A stretch of 64,000 bases of DNA from Eledone cirrhosa (GCA_964016885.1 OZ024746.1:56916001-56980000), one strand, 5' to 3'; counted from the stretch's first letter, positions 27,695-41,594 are shown. Translations and numbers: made by a program. Notes: generated by a model from the sequence alone, not told the origin.

Positions 27695-27734
27695 CATATA
27701 TGTATACATATATAACGAAGGAAATGTGGTAAAT

Positions 27735-28037
27735 TATGGCATGCCTTCGTCAGATAAAATACAATATATAAACAGTTTTATAAATAATTTTGACGTACTA
27801 TATTATAAGCGACCATTAAATTAGGAGGCTGCCTTGGTAGTGAAGTGTTTATAATTATTTAGTTATAGTGTTAAGCAGAGTTAGAAAAAAGACGGAGAAA
27901 AAAAGAAGCTGAGGTAAAGAAAAACACTTCACTACCAAGGCAGCCTCCTAATTTAATGGTCGCTTATATTATGGTACGTCAAAATTATTTATAAAACTGT
28001 TTATATATTGTATTTTATCTGACGAAGGCATGGCATA
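27735..28037. repeat. Inverted repeat, ~115-bp arms with ~70-bp spacer
   Basis: CATGCCTTCGTCAGATAAAATAC...GGTAGTGAAGTGTTT pairs with AAACACTTCACTACC...GTATTTTATCTGACGAAGGCATG. Confidence 0.9.
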
Positions 28038-28207
28038 TTTTTAATATCGTATCCCTTAAATATGTATAATGAAATAAATATGGTTTTATAAATATAGTTT
28101 CCATTTGTTTAATACCGTATATCTACTCCAAAAACTTGTCGAGTGCTTTATATCAATTATAAAATATTTACTTGTTGTAACCCAACAATTTTAAATAAAA
28201 CTTTTGT

Positions 28208-28468
<261 letters not shown>

Positions 28469-28936
28469 TATACGTATATGTTTGTGTGCGTATATACTTC
28501 CATATAAACACGTAATTACATATATACGTACCTGTTCTTTATTCTGAACTATTATGTCAAAACACAGCAGACTTTAGGACTACTTTAGTGTACAGGTGCA
28601 AGTCGCTATTATTTTAGCATCGGTTTTATTTTACGTTGAATTTCATCGATATCTCCAATACTTACACTTATGTTGTTATTAAGAATATCTTCAGAAAATA
28701 ACTATTTCAGGAATAAAATTATCCCCATGATAGTCGTTTTGAAATAAACGATGTCCCGGTTGTTATTGTTAAACATACCAATACAGCAAAAAACTACAAC
28801 TTTACGTTTGATTACTTGCTTAGAGCCGTAAGTCACTTCTGTGAATATAACTTATAAATACATCGAAACACATTCAGACATATGGTCATATGTATGAAAA
28901 CATATACATACGCACACAAACATGCATACACACACG

Positions 28937-28986
<50 letters not shown>

Positions 28987-29032
28987 TATATATATATACC
29001 TATATATATAGGTATATATATATACCTATATA

Positions 29033-29169
<137 letters not shown>

Positions 29170-29412
29170 ATATATACCATATACACTATATATTTTTGCG
29201 TGTAAAATATACGTGTGTGTGTATATAAGGGTGTGTTTGTTTATTTGTGAATGTGTGTGATATGAAATGAATTGAAACATTGACTTTTTAAATATTTCGT
29301 AAGGTTGTAGGAATTTGAAAAGCCGAAATAGCTGCGAAACAGCCAGCTGCTACGATGATCATAGCAAAGCGGCAGGTTAAACAAACTACTTAATGGGCGG
29401 AAGAGCGGTCGT

Positions 29413-29493
29413 AGAAGAAGAAGAAGAAGAAGAAGAAGAAGAAGAAGAAGAAGAAGAAGAAGAAGAAGAAGAAGAAGAAGAAGAAGAAGAAGA

Positions 29494-29524
<31 letters not shown>

Positions 29525-29536
29525 GGAGGAGGAGGA

Positions 29537-29569
<33 letters not shown>

Positions 29570-29575
29570 GGAGGA

Positions 29576-29606
<31 letters not shown>

Positions 29607-29637
29607 AAGAAGAAGAAGAAGAAGAAGAAGAAGAAGA
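29413..29637. repeat. Compound (AAG)n/(AGG)n microsatellite
   Basis: Seen directly in the sequence. Confidence 0.97.
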
Positions 29638-29729
29638 TTTAGGAGAGAGTGAAATAGCGAAAACAATACAGAGTATAGCATATGATTAAAGTTGAGTGAG
29701 ATATATAGACAGAGTGAGTGTGAGAGATA

Positions 29730-30233
29730 GATATGTTTCTTTATAATCACAGAGGCACAAAAGAAGGGTCAAATACAGACGTGGAATTTTACATACAATA
29801 AAAACGTGTAAAATATTAACGCAAATACAATTTAAAAGTTAATCGATTTTCCCCAATAGGGGGAGACATTTCATATGGGTGACAATACCCCCGAAAAAAT
29901 GTGCAACCCTCATCTCCAGAATACGAAAAGTGTGTACCCATTTCCTCTCTTCCATTTTTTCCTCAACCTACAGGCTGATATAGAGAGAAGACCCATTCAC
30001 TCGGGCCATTCTGGCCACTTTCACCCACTTTTCATAAAACTTGCTAGGTTACAGCACCTCTCTCTCCATCCTGATTCTTCTTCCAAAGTGGTATTCGAAA
30101 AAAAACAATCAGTTGTTGGCCGGAGAGAAAGGCGTCTGACCTCAGCCCTTTTAACCTTGTCCACCATACAACCTCTTTCGCCATAGCTATCACACAAAGG
30201 AAAACCGCCACGCCTTCGTTTTTGAAGGAGGGT
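29730..30233 (-). mobile_element. Tx1/L1-like LINE 3' fragment (copy 2)
   Basis: Diverged homologue of 30440-30795, encoding the same ORF2-like C-terminus. Confidence 0.55.
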
Positions 30234-30249
30234 AGAGATAGATAGATAT

Positions 30250-30808
30250 ATAGATAATTTTCTTTTTATTTGCCACCAGGGCATAAAAAAGTGGGACAAG
30301 TACAATGGGGGGGGGGGAGTTTACATAACACGGCGTCCTCAATATGGAGGAGGCAATAACAAAATATAAAAATAAAATAAAATATAACAAAATAAAATTT
30401 ATAACAAACTCCTCAATAGAGAGGAGGCGCCTTGGGGGGTCGCACACAACCCCGAAAAAAAGTGTGCAACCCTTCTCCTCAGGAGCACAGAGAGGGGGTG
30501 CTCCCTTGGTCTTTCATCTTACTCACATATAGTCTGATGTAGAGTGAAGGCCCATTCACACGGGCCATTCTCGCCACTTTCACCCATCTTTCATGAAAAC
30601 GGCTGGGGTGCAGCACCTCTCTCTCCATCCTGATCCTTCTTCCGAAATGATATCGGAAGAAACGGACCAGTTGTTGGCCAAAGAGAAAGGTGCCTGACCT
30701 CAGTCCTTTCAGACGCGTCCACCATACAACCTCTTTCGCCATGGCTATTACGCACAGAAACACCGCCTCTCCCTCGTTTTTGAAGAGGGGAGGCGGCTTG
30801 ATCGTTTC

Positions 30809-30810
<2 letters not shown>
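30250..30810 (-). mobile_element. Tx1/L1-like LINE 3' fragment (copy 1)
   Basis: Translation AVFLCVIAMAKEVVWWTR...FFRYHFGRRIRMERE...FHERW resembles the AK..IW..R...RI..E...F...W C-terminus of Tx1/L1 ORF2. AATAAA lies at the 3' end, and the fragment is flanked by (TC)n/(TCTA)n. Confidence 0.6.
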
Positions 30811-30882
<72 letters not shown>

Positions 30883-31249
30883 AAGTGTGAATGTGAGGGA
30901 GGGAAGAGGAGAGGATATATGTGGACATGGAGAAGTAGGAATGGGATAAGAGTGTAGTTGACAGTAAAATTAAGCATCATTAAAGGTCGCCCTATTCGGT
31001 TTCAATCTAATTATATGTAATGAGACATTTTGTCTTTCTATGATGTTAGAAAAATTGGGCTAGAGACAGCTAACTCTTAAATACCTTATATATTAGTTTT
31101 TCTCCCAGTCTATCTTCGTTAGCCTGGCGAATACAGAGTTTGCTCGTCCACTCCGCCTTCTAAACTCAGAGTCCCGGTAGGTTTGCCCTTGATATTAGAG
31201 CCCAGGTGGTTTAGCTCATATACACCCCCAGGTTATAGTTGATGATGGC

Positions 31250-32270
31250 GACAGCAGAGTGTGCTTAACCTGTTTACTTAATATATTAATCTTCTTCATA
31301 CTTATGCTGAGGCTATATTCAGAGCCTGACAATAAAGAGCTGCAATTATCCTTTAGTTTGCATTGCCAATGCTGCATAATCTGCAAAAGGCATGACTCGG
31401 ATGAGTACTTGACGAACCCTGGATATCGCCTTCAGCCTTGATAGACTAAATAGCCTCGCCTCTGATCTTATATTGGAGTAGACACCATCGGTTGTCATTC
31501 CAAATGCGTTTTACCATAACTGACAAACGATGCAAAACAGGTTGGGAGTCAATCACACAACCTTGCTTCCCAGTGCTACAGATGTTAATCACATCATATT
31601 TAACGATAGTTATCATTCGATAAAGGAGATATTCGCGTATGACGGCATTAAGAAATCTTCCAATTTAACCCAAAACAAGCGAGTCCTTCTCAAATCTAGA
31701 AAATGCGAGGTCATGTAAGAAAAAAAAGAGCTCATAAAGAGCACATAATGATGGGTAAAACATTATTCCAAAGACTTCTCCAGGAAAAAGAACATCCAAG
31801 ACGTTCTCGACACGTAGGGACTCCAACCTGCCATGGAAGACGTAAACATGTTACAGATTGCTGGGTATTTGTACAGAACCATTGAAGCAAGCAAAGTGGG
31901 TAGGCATCAGGCATGGTCTGCTTTCAACCGGAGATTTCCTTGGCCACATATTGAAACCATTGCACGCGTGCTAAGAGGAAGGAATAGTATGGCAAAAGGT
32001 GAGATATTGCAACGTTGTCAACATATTTAAGAAGAGAAGGTAATAACAAGACAATATCTCGATGTAGAACATCATTGGGAAATTCTTCACCCATATGATC
32101 CTCAACAGACTGCAGAACATTTCTAAACCATTTTAACATGGATTTCAGTGCAGTTTCAGAGGAGAACACTCTACCATCAAAATGGTTTCCTTTCGACAGC
32201 TACAAGAGAAATGCCACGAGAAAAGGCAACCGCAATTATTCACGTTTATTGCCCTCTCGAAGACGTTAGT
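31250..32270 (+). mobile_element. Possible highly degenerate LTR-retrotransposon (Gypsy-like) RNase H/integrase remnant
   Basis: Fragments ..YWSRHH..RFTITD, PGK and GRHQ..RRFPWP..RCQ..MDF appear in RNase H-integrase order across frameshifts. Confidence 0.3.
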
Positions 32271-32291
32271 CCTAGTTTGTAATCTTTGACA

Positions 32292-32366
<75 letters not shown>

Positions 32367-32627
32367 GTGTGTATATTTATACTTTTGGAGGGTGAGGTTG
32401 CCAATAAAAATTTAGGCACCTGTTGGTTTTCACTTCAATTTTTTGGTTGATTCGATAACCGGAGTGTTAATTATATATTGTCAATGCTCTTTGGCAATAT
32501 GACAAAGTATAACAAAATCTGTTTCAACACACGCTTTCAGATGAGAAATCTTGCAAAATCTTGCAAAACAAATTAAAAAACGAAGTATACTTATATATAT
32601 ATATTTTAGTCTTCAAATGTATTACTA

Positions 32628-32696
<69 letters not shown>

Positions 32697-34825
32697 CTTA
32701 TTTCTCTATAGATATACATATATTTGTGTATGTGTGGTGTGTTTGTGTGGAGTGACTGTTTGCCGTATGGATTATTCACATATACATACATTTTCAAACA
32801 AACACACACATATATATATATATTTATGTGTATCGGCATGCTACTGCGACATACCTAAAGGTATCACTTTATTATTAAAATAGGAAAACAACAAGAAGAA
32901 ATTATTTACAGAAATATTTTGTATTATTTAGAAGTTTGATACTAATATTACCATTCCTTTGATTAAAACTTGAAAAGATTTACAAATCTTTAAAATCTGA
33001 GAAGGAATGTATGGAATTAAAGTGTCATTCCTAGAATCTGACGAAATAAAACACTAGCAATAATAACAATAATAATAATAATATATTTGTATAAATATGT
33101 ATGAAATCCTCAATCGATATGGTAACACGACAAACGAAAAGTAAATATGTATATAATATAAAAATACAAACAATATTTAATAAGATGACATAGACGTGTA
33201 TTTCTAATCATATAAATTGTGGTATTATTATTAAACAGTTTAAATTCACTGGAAAATATGTCATGACATATCTCAAGGTATGCTGTTTAACGTATTTGTG
33301 GAATACTTTATAGCTGTCACTGCGACTGCGTAATTCCAAGAGATTCCTAGAAAATATACCTTACTCTCGGCAGGTTCGTATTTTAGGAAACGTTTAAATC
33401 TGCTTTGGATTACTCCACAGTTTATCCAACACGCAATGTTAAGGGTATGTCACATACAGCAATGAACGTTCTAATGATATTTAATCTTAGTCTAAAAGTT
33501 CGGCAGTAATCGGTTGATAATCAAGATTGTCATAATATGTGGCATGCATATCTGCTCATGTTAGATATGCGTTCTCATCGAGCAATATATATATATATAT
33601 ATACATATTTGTTTCTGTCAGTTACATTCCACCAGGCTAACACACACTTATGCTAAGACACACACACCACCACCACCACCACCATCACCACCACCACCAC
33701 CATTCATGCCTCTTCATTTTCCCAAATAGCTTATTGGATTCAACAAAGATCTGCTCGGAAATAAAGAAGAGACATTTTATTCTTCGGAGTAATTTGGGAA
33801 ATTACACTCTTTTCCACCACCTCTCTCAATGGCATTCCTAGACACATCAAATTGTGTTCGTGCGCGTGCACACATACAGGACAATATACGTACATATATA
33901 CACACATACCACGATGTAAATACTCCTCAAATACACACCCGATAACCCCATCATGAACTTGATAAGTGATACACCAGAAACCAACATGCTATGAATTGTA
34001 CCCACATAAACTACCCGCAAAAGGAAAAGCACATATAAACACATTCATTTGACGCATGTTCACTTGGGTAGAACCAAATCGATACCCATCTTTTGAAAGA
34101 TAAATAACAAGAAGAGTGAACCCCACTCACACGATGCATTTCATCCGATGCATTTCATCCGTGCTGATATAAAGTCAGTTTCAAGGATAAACATAAAGTT
34201 TCCACGTGTCTCTACTCCGAAGTTTCGCGCCTGCTTCTAACTCTAGTGCAAGAATCATTATTTTAAAAGTTCTGTTAACGGCTATCTCAGGGATTTGCTT
34301 TGCTCTATACTTCTAAGAATTTCATCTCACTCCTCGCTCCAAAGTATATTTACAAATGATGTCACATTTAAAAAGCTGATATTTAGCTTCTATTTAAGAC
34401 GATTTAGTTCTATGGTAAGACACGCTCAGCGTGAATTTAAGAGCTACAGAGATCGATTGTCTATAGCTATTACCGGCCATTTTGCTTCCCTCTACAACGT
34501 TTTCTTCAACCGATATTCTAGGCTAACACTGTTAAGACCTATTTCCAGCGTTTAAGAATGTTTATATTTCTATGCGTATTAACACAGACGTAGGTCCAAT
34601 GTTAATTTACAGATATTGGCACACACACACACACTCGGTCACCCCCCCCCCCCCATATTTATATATTATATATATATATATATATATATGCATATATGGC
34701 ATGATCTTTTATTATATGTATATAAATATAATTTCAAAGTAGTGAGTCTTGTTAATCTGGACTATCTTCTTTAGATTTTAAGTGAATGTTTATGCTCTAC
34801 TTCGGTACTGAGTACGTTTTCTCAC

Positions 34826-34915
<90 letters not shown>

Positions 34916-34918
<3 letters not shown>

Positions 34919-35281
34919 AGTTAAAACAATGAAATAAAACATCAAGTCATTACAGATATACTTCACTGCTTTACGATCGTTTCTAGATGGTGATTATACA
35001 TTGTATCTATACTCAGTTATTGATCTATAATTTTACAAACTATCAGATAGAGAGAATATTTACTTACATGCATATCACCAGCTGTTTTCAAAAGCAATTG
35101 CTTTTGAAAAGAGCTGGTGATATGCATGTAAGTAAATATTCTCTCTGTCTGATAGTTTGTAAACTTACATAGATCAATAACTGAGTATAGATACCATGTA
35201 TTATCACCATCTAGAAACGATCGTAAAGCAGTGAAGTTTATTTCTAAAGACTTGATGTTTTATTTCATTGTTTTAACTTAT
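34916..35281. repeat. ~180-bp-arm palindrome made of two head-to-head HHR-containing pLTRs
   Basis: The centre is TTTTCAAAAGCAATTGCTTTTGAAAA. The sequence is related to the pLTR at 56540-56722. Confidence 0.9.
35099..35230 (+). ncRNA. Hammerhead ribozyme, U3-A8 core variant, extended stem II
   Basis: TGCTT-TTGAAAA-G-AGCTGGTGATA...TATCACCATCT-A-GAAA-CGATCG-TA-AAGCA. The mirror copy is at 34967-35096 (-). Confidence 0.75.
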
Positions 35282-35407
35282 ATCATGACTGTTTTCCTTT
35301 TAATGTTTTATTGTTTTCTGAGATTTATCTTAACCTACAACATTTTCAATATATGGATTACATTGAGTTCTTCATACAGGATAGACCCCACAACTTACAG
35401 TGGATAC

Positions 35408-35446
<39 letters not shown>

Positions 35447-35448
35447 CA

Positions 35449-35565
35449 CAAGGTGTCCGAAAAAATATATACTTACTTTGATTACCTGTACAGGCAATAT
35501 ATATCAGAATGCTGTTGAAGTGTGTGTACATTTTTGGGACACCCTATATATATATATAAATATAT

Positions 35566-35652
<87 letters not shown>

Positions 35653-35690
35653 GTCCCAAAAATGTACACACACTTCAACACCATTCTAAT
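35449..35690. mobile_element. Tc1/mariner-type MITE (~97 bp) plus an adjacent inverted TIR end
   Basis: CAAGGTGTCCGAAAA ... TTTTGGGACACCCTA, then (TA)n, then AGGGTGTCCCAAAAATGTACACACACTTCAACA. Confidence 0.55.
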
Positions 35691-37024
35691 ATATATATAC
35701 ATATATTCGTACATTCTAATATATATATACATATATTCGTACATTCTTAATATATATACACATACATACTCACCTACCTACATGCTTACATTTATTCACA
35801 CAAAATAAAACAAACCACCGCACAAAAATGTTATCAAACGTGACATCAAAAATCAAACGCAAATCAAAAAGTGCCAACAGAATATATATATACACAGATA
35901 TAATAAAAGCAATATAAACACAATATACGATGTATTTATTTGACAGAATGTTTCTGCACTGAAAACATAAACATACAGTCATATAGAATTTTGTCGCCAG
36001 TTTCCTTCCAATAAAGCCAACATTTAGTTAGTATATGAAATATACTCGTTTTTTTTTTTCTTTTCTATTCTACATAAACTTTAGTTTCCCGTTTATCGTT
36101 TCTTCTGGCGATCAATATATGGGATTCGCTAACGTCACTTCGCAAAACACTTTTAGAATGTCGCCTTAAATATTAATCTATTTCTAATCCTGGATTGCCA
36201 ACAGAAATGTGTTGAATGTCCATCGTTTCTGACGACAATTCTTCCAGTTGTTCAAACAACCGAACAGTTTCATCAAGTCTTTTTCAAAACCAGGTTATTT
36301 CCTTGATCGGGCAACAGGAAAAGTTATCCCTGAAACCTGCGGAATATAATCCCATTCTAAACTAGGGGACCATTACCCGTTACAAGATGTTATGTGTAAT
36401 AGTAGTAGTCAGAGCATGGCTGAATGGTTAATGATTTCATTTCGCACGTATTATGTCCCTAGTTTGGTCCAATTTCTTAGCATCTTGCACATGTGTCATT
36501 TGCCGTACCATAAACACACCTCAGCTAAGGAGTTTGAAGGAATTTTGTAGACAGATACTGCGTAGAATCTCGTCAGATTGACTGTACATGTAATTCCTAA
36601 CGCCACCTTGTTATACCCTGTGTCAAACATAATTACCAGATTTAAGTTAAGGGTACACGTGGCTATGAAATACCCAGCCACATTTATTTAAATGAATAAT
36701 GGACTGTAGCTAAAAATTCATAAGGTTATCATGTTAAATCTCCTTGAGTAATATGTTAAGTGTACACGTGTTTGTATAATGCTCAGCCAGTTAAATGTTA
36801 ATTTCATTATGAAGTTATTCCACTGCTATAACAACTTGAACACTCATCGTCCAAATCAACAATATTCCATTCTGTTCTCAACTATATCTTTTAGTTTTCA
36901 GGTATATTTCGCGATCAATGCAGGTAGTTCTCAATTTTCAATTCACAAAATATTCTCTGATGAAAATGGCACCAACAATCTTAATTGCCAAAAGACATAT
37001 AAGCATAATAGTACTAGTATAAAT

Positions 37025-37206
37025 ATTTGTTTCTACTTTAGGCACAATGCCAGCAATTACCCAGTGCATTACTGGTACTTTATTTTATCGACCCCGTAAG
37101 GATGAAAGGCAAAGTCAACTTCAGCGGGATTTGAACTTAGATCGTAAAGGGACGTAACTATGCTGGAAAGCATGGCGTCCGACCCTCTACCGATACTGCC
37201 AATCCA
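37025..37206 (-). mobile_element. tRNA-derived SINE, near full-length
   Basis: A box TGGCAGTATCGG, B box GTTCAAATCC and the conserved core. GTACTAGTATAAATATTT occurs on both sides (37011 and 37212), consistent with a target-site duplication. Confidence 0.85.
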
Positions 37207-37559
37207 TCGCCGTACTAGTATAAATATTTCCATCAAATTAGCTGTGATTAATACGCGCAATTTTCCCTCCTACACTTGCAGTCTAATATATTCTATGTTC
37301 TGCATAACTCGGTCAAGATGCTTAAATGAGATGTTGGAATAATTCACCGTGTAAATCTAATCAGGTTCAGGAATTGGCTAGAATGATAAATGAGAAAATA
37401 GTTTATATACACTTTAGTTTCTACTACTATATAGGAGATATAGCCGTTAAGTTGTTGAACTGAAACAACAAATGACAAGGAAAAGTTGATTTAGATTTAG
37501 CACAAATTTGTCAATGTGATATAGTTCAGTATTTGGGTCTGTCTACATGTTTTTCTGTA

Positions 37560-37714
<155 letters not shown>

Positions 37715-37740
37715 ATATGTGTGTATGAATACACACATAC

Positions 37741-39011
37741 ATCTGTCTACAAGTGTAAGGTCGAGACACGCACGTCCCGTAGCGCCTACATAGCGTTAAC
37801 CGCCAATAGATTCAAGCAACGTCTTTACAATCACACCCATTCTTTTCTTAACCCTTTAAGAAGGAATATAACGTCACCTTCAGCTTATATCTGGAGTCTA
37901 AAAGACAACCACACCCAATATAGGTTACACTGGGGGATCCTAGCTAAAAGGTAGATCGTGTAACGGAAATAAAAGACCATGTGATCTTTGCGCAGCTGAA
38001 GCCATGGAGTTACTCTACGCCGATGACCACATCTTTAAAAAGAAATCTGAGGCAAATTCGACTTGTAAACACAAATTCCAGAAAACTTTCCTGTATTACA
38101 GCCCCACATGTATAGTACAAAACACGGATAATTTACGTCTTGATGCGGTAGCTAAGTATATTTTATGTTTATACCATTACGTATTTGTATACGTAAGTTT
38201 ATCTTAACCATATGTTTTGTGAAGATACGTATATTTTCCCGTTCGTATATATGCTTGTATTTGTTATAGGTGTATATATTATATTATATATGCTGGTTAT
38301 GTGTATATGGGTATTTTGTGTGTGTGCGTGCATGCGTGCATGCGTGTGAGCACGTATGTAAGGTGTGTATATGTGTACATTGTGTTTGGTGGACGTATAT
38401 TCGGTGAACATATGTGATTTTGCCTGTAGGTATGTGTGTGCATGCGCTATATATGTATTTATGTGTGTTTATTTATATTCGTTTATACATTTTTTTATGT
38501 GTATTTGGTGTATACGTTCGTATGTGTCGAGCGGGCTTTTGTATGTCTGCGCGTGTTTATGCATACGTGCTTCTTTATTCATGCATGGCGGGTGTTTGCG
38601 AGTGTTCACGAGTTGTATCTATATAGGTGCGTGTAAGTATATATTTAATTATTATTTCTTTTAATAACATCTGTCATTTTAGTTCTACTTATTTATTTAC
38701 ATTATTCTTAACCCCGAAGCCGAGAATCATTCGGTTTCTTAAATAGAATATTTGTCTACGACTTCATTTATACAATAACCGTGGTTTATCTTTGCTTGTA
38801 ATTGTTCTCCTCGGTTAACATAACGAAGTATTACCTTCATTTTTTCCGTTTATTGCCAGGGAACGTCTTCACGAACCAAAGTATCGTCTTCCTGTCTTAC
38901 TACGGTTGCAACGTTTTTCGAAATATTTACTCCACAGATCAACTTTTTTAGTTTCAGAAGATCCCGTTAAGGGTGAAAGCAACGATTATTTGCTTAAACT
39001 TTAATCTGTTA

Positions 39012-39018
<7 letters not shown>
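37741..39018 (+). mobile_element. PLE family A 3' fragment (GIY-YIG + 3' UTR + pLTR, HHR at 38950-39000)
   Basis: VYKCKV..AYIALTANRFKQRLYNHTHSF..CDLC..CKH, homologous to 8103-9478. Confidence 0.9.
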
Positions 39019-39048
<30 letters not shown>

Positions 39049-39092
39049 TATTTTCCGTTGTGTTGTAATATAAATATTATGATAGAAGCCGT

Positions 39093-41273
39093 ATGAACTC
39101 AACATTAGAAAGTGGTGTAAACAACAAATTCGGTTTTAGGACTTGTAAAAACCCACCCACCAACCCACTATTAGATACATTTGAGCAGGACCTTATGAAC
39201 TTAATCCTTAAAATTAAATTCAAAGGACGCAACACCAACAGCAAATTACAGAAAGATATAAAAAAACTACTGGACGACCTTAAAAACACCAAAGCAATTG
39301 TAGTAAAAGCGGACAAAACATCAAACCTGTACACTATGGATTGCACTACATACAACAACTTCATTCGAAAAGAATTACATAAAAAATATAGAAAAACGAG
39401 TGAAGTAACCCTTAAGCACATCAATGATGAGGCATGCGAAATAGTGAAAAATCTCGGAATCGAAGATAGGACAGGACCACTCTTACCGGCGGTACCCACC
39501 TTCAATCTTAAGGACCACAAGGTAAACTTTGATAATGACCCTAAAATTAGATTAATCTGCCCCTCTAAATCAGATATAGGTAAAATAAGCAAATATATCT
39601 TAGATAGAATCATCCCCCAAATTAAGGCTAAGGTTAACATTAAACTCTGGGGGAAGACCCAAGAAGCAATAAGATGGTTTAATAGCATTAGCAATAAGAA
39701 TAAATCTAAGTTTATCCAGTTTGATATCGATGAATATTACTCATCGATATCACTTGAAACTTTGAATAGAGCCATTAAGTTTGCTAAGGATAACTCTGAC
39801 CTTACAAACGATGAAATTAAGATTATATTAGAAGCTAGGAAAACTATAGTCAACTTTGAGAACAGTTATTGGGTACGTAAAGATAGACCCTCTAACTTTG
39901 ACATAACAATGGGATCTAACGATTCGGCGGAAATAACCGATATTGTGGGGTTATTTATCGCCTTTAGACTCCAGGAAAAATTCAGCAATCTCCACAGCGG
40001 AATATACCGCGACGATGTTCTCCTCCTAGCTAAAAGCCTTAATAACCAAAAACTAGAAAAACTACGCAAAGATATAAGAAAACTACTACTCGAAATAGGA
40101 CTAACTATAACATATGAATACAACCTTAAAGTAGTTAACTTCCTGGATGTCACACTCAATTTAAACTCTGGTTTGATTAAACCGTTTCATAAATTGAATG
40201 AAAATCTCAAATACGTAAATGTTGGGTCTAACCACCCCATCTCTATAATTAAATCTATCCCTAAAAATATTTCCCTTAGAATCTCGGGTCTATCTTCCAA
40301 CATACAAGTATTTAAGGAACACGCCGAGTACTACGATAACGCCCTTAGTAAAGCAGGCTACCTCAACAAAATAGAGTACATAGATGGGAACAATCAAAAC
40401 ACCCAAAATAAATCCCACATAGGTAGATATAATAACACAACACCAAACCACACTTACTACCATAGTATGCACACCAGTAAACCAACAAACAAAACTAATA
40501 GAAAGCGATGCAAAGAGTACTTATGGTATAACCCCGAATACAATAGCTCCATTAGTACAAATTTACCAGTACTCTTCTTTAAAATAATTAAAAGACATTT
40601 TCCCACATCACACAAATACCACAAAATCCTAAACCCTACCACTATAAGACTGTCATACTCTACAGCGTTAAACCTTGAACAACACATAAAAAAGATCAAT
40701 ACTAGAAGGTTAAACGAAAACACTAAGAACTTAAGTACAAAGAACACAAAAAAAACAGTAGACAATACACTACAGAACATAAATAAACCACACCTAAGTT
40801 CGTCCGCAATACTACTCCAGAGAAAACCCAACGTACACAACTGTAACTGCACCTATCCTGACAACTGCCCCCTCGGCAATAACTGCCTGGAAAAAAATAT
40901 TATTTATAAGTGTACCATTAAATCCGGAGGCAACGAGTGGTATTACGTGGGATCAACGGCAACATCGTTTAAATCTCGATTGTATAGGCATTCTTACTCA
41001 ATAAAGCACCAGAGCCAAAGAAATGTAACAACTTTAGCAGAAAAAGCTTGGACGCTAAGGGATAGCGACCAAAAGTTTACCCTAAAATGGGAAAAATTAG
41101 CTAAAACCCAAAGCTTCTCCAGGAGCCAAAATTTCTGCAAATTGTGTAATCTTGAGATTTATTACATAATCACACACAAGAAGAAACTGCTGAATAACAG
41201 AATTGAACGAACATTATTCTGCCGTCACAGAACTAAAACCCTTTTTTCCCACTACAAGCCGAATATTACATAA
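39093..41273 (+). CDS. PLE reverse transcriptase-GIY-YIG endonuclease polyprotein (726 aa; probably N-terminally truncated)
   Basis: KADKTSNLY, LKDHK, FIQFDIDEYYSSI, MGSNDSAE, GIYRDD, NFLDVTL, SNHP, WYNPEY, CNC..CPL..CL, IIY..YVGST..R..H, CKLC.LE, LNN and CRH. Confidence 0.95.
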   Translation: MNSTLESGVNNKFGFRTCKNPPTNPLLDTFEQDLMNLILKIKFKGRNTNSKLQKDIKKLLDDLKNTKAIVVKADKTSNLYTMDCTTYNNFIRKELHKKYRKTSEVTLKHINDEACEIVKNLGIEDRTGPLLPAVPTFNLKDHKVNFDNDPKIRLICPSKSDIGKISKYILDRIIPQIKAKVNIKLWGKTQEAIRWFNSISNKNKSKFIQFDIDEYYSSISLETLNRAIKFAKDNSDLTNDEIKIILEARKTIVNFENSYWVRKDRPSNFDITMGSNDSAEITDIVGLFIAFRLQEKFSNLHSGIYRDDVLLLAKSLNNQKLEKLRKDIRKLLLEIGLTITYEYNLKVVNFLDVTLNLNSGLIKPFHKLNENLKYVNVGSNHPISIIKSIPKNISLRISGLSSNIQVFKEHAEYYDNALSKAGYLNKIEYIDGNNQNTQNKSHIGRYNNTTPNHTYYHSMHTSKPTNKTNRKRCKEYLWYNPEYNSSISTNLPVLFFKIIKRHFPTSHKYHKILNPTTIRLSYSTALNLEQHIKKINTRRLNENTKNLSTKNTKKTVDNTLQNINKPHLSSSAILLQRKPNVHNCNCTYPDNCPLGNNCLEKNIIYKCTIKSGGNEWYYVGSTATSFKSRLYRHSYSIKHQSQRNVTTLAEKAWTLRDSDQKFTLKWEKLAKTQSFSRSQNFCKLCNLEIYYIITHKKKLLNNRIERTLFCRHRTKTLFSHYKPNIT

Positions 41274-41594
41274 AAGAGGGACATCCCCCAACTATATAAA
41301 CCTTAATCTAGTTAGAAAAATATAAAAACAATCTCTTCTCAACATATATTAATAACCTTAAATTACCATACTAATAATGAAAAGATATGCTGATGAGAAT
41401 AGGTACAAATATGCGATAATGAATGTGTCTAAAAACGTCCATAAGTATGTATATATATGTGAAAATGTATATAAATAAGTAAATATATATATATGTTTGA
41501 TGTGTATAGTTAGATGTAAGTGTATTCATGTATTAAAGTGCTTATATATATGTATATATGTATGTATGTGTATATGTATATATATGTATGTATG

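Noticed and set aside
28016-28145. CTGACGA hammerhead in the inverted repeat
   Set aside because: I could not identify a convincing GAAA-NUH half. At best it is a degenerate remnant.
35770-36400. Transposase next to the mariner-like TIR
   Set aside because: No recognisable DDE/D or WPxxSPDL motifs are visible.
39093-41273. Telomerase, retron or group II intron RT
   Set aside because: The C-terminal GIY-YIG domain, HHR-bearing pLTR and multiple dispersed decayed paralogues identify it as a PLE.
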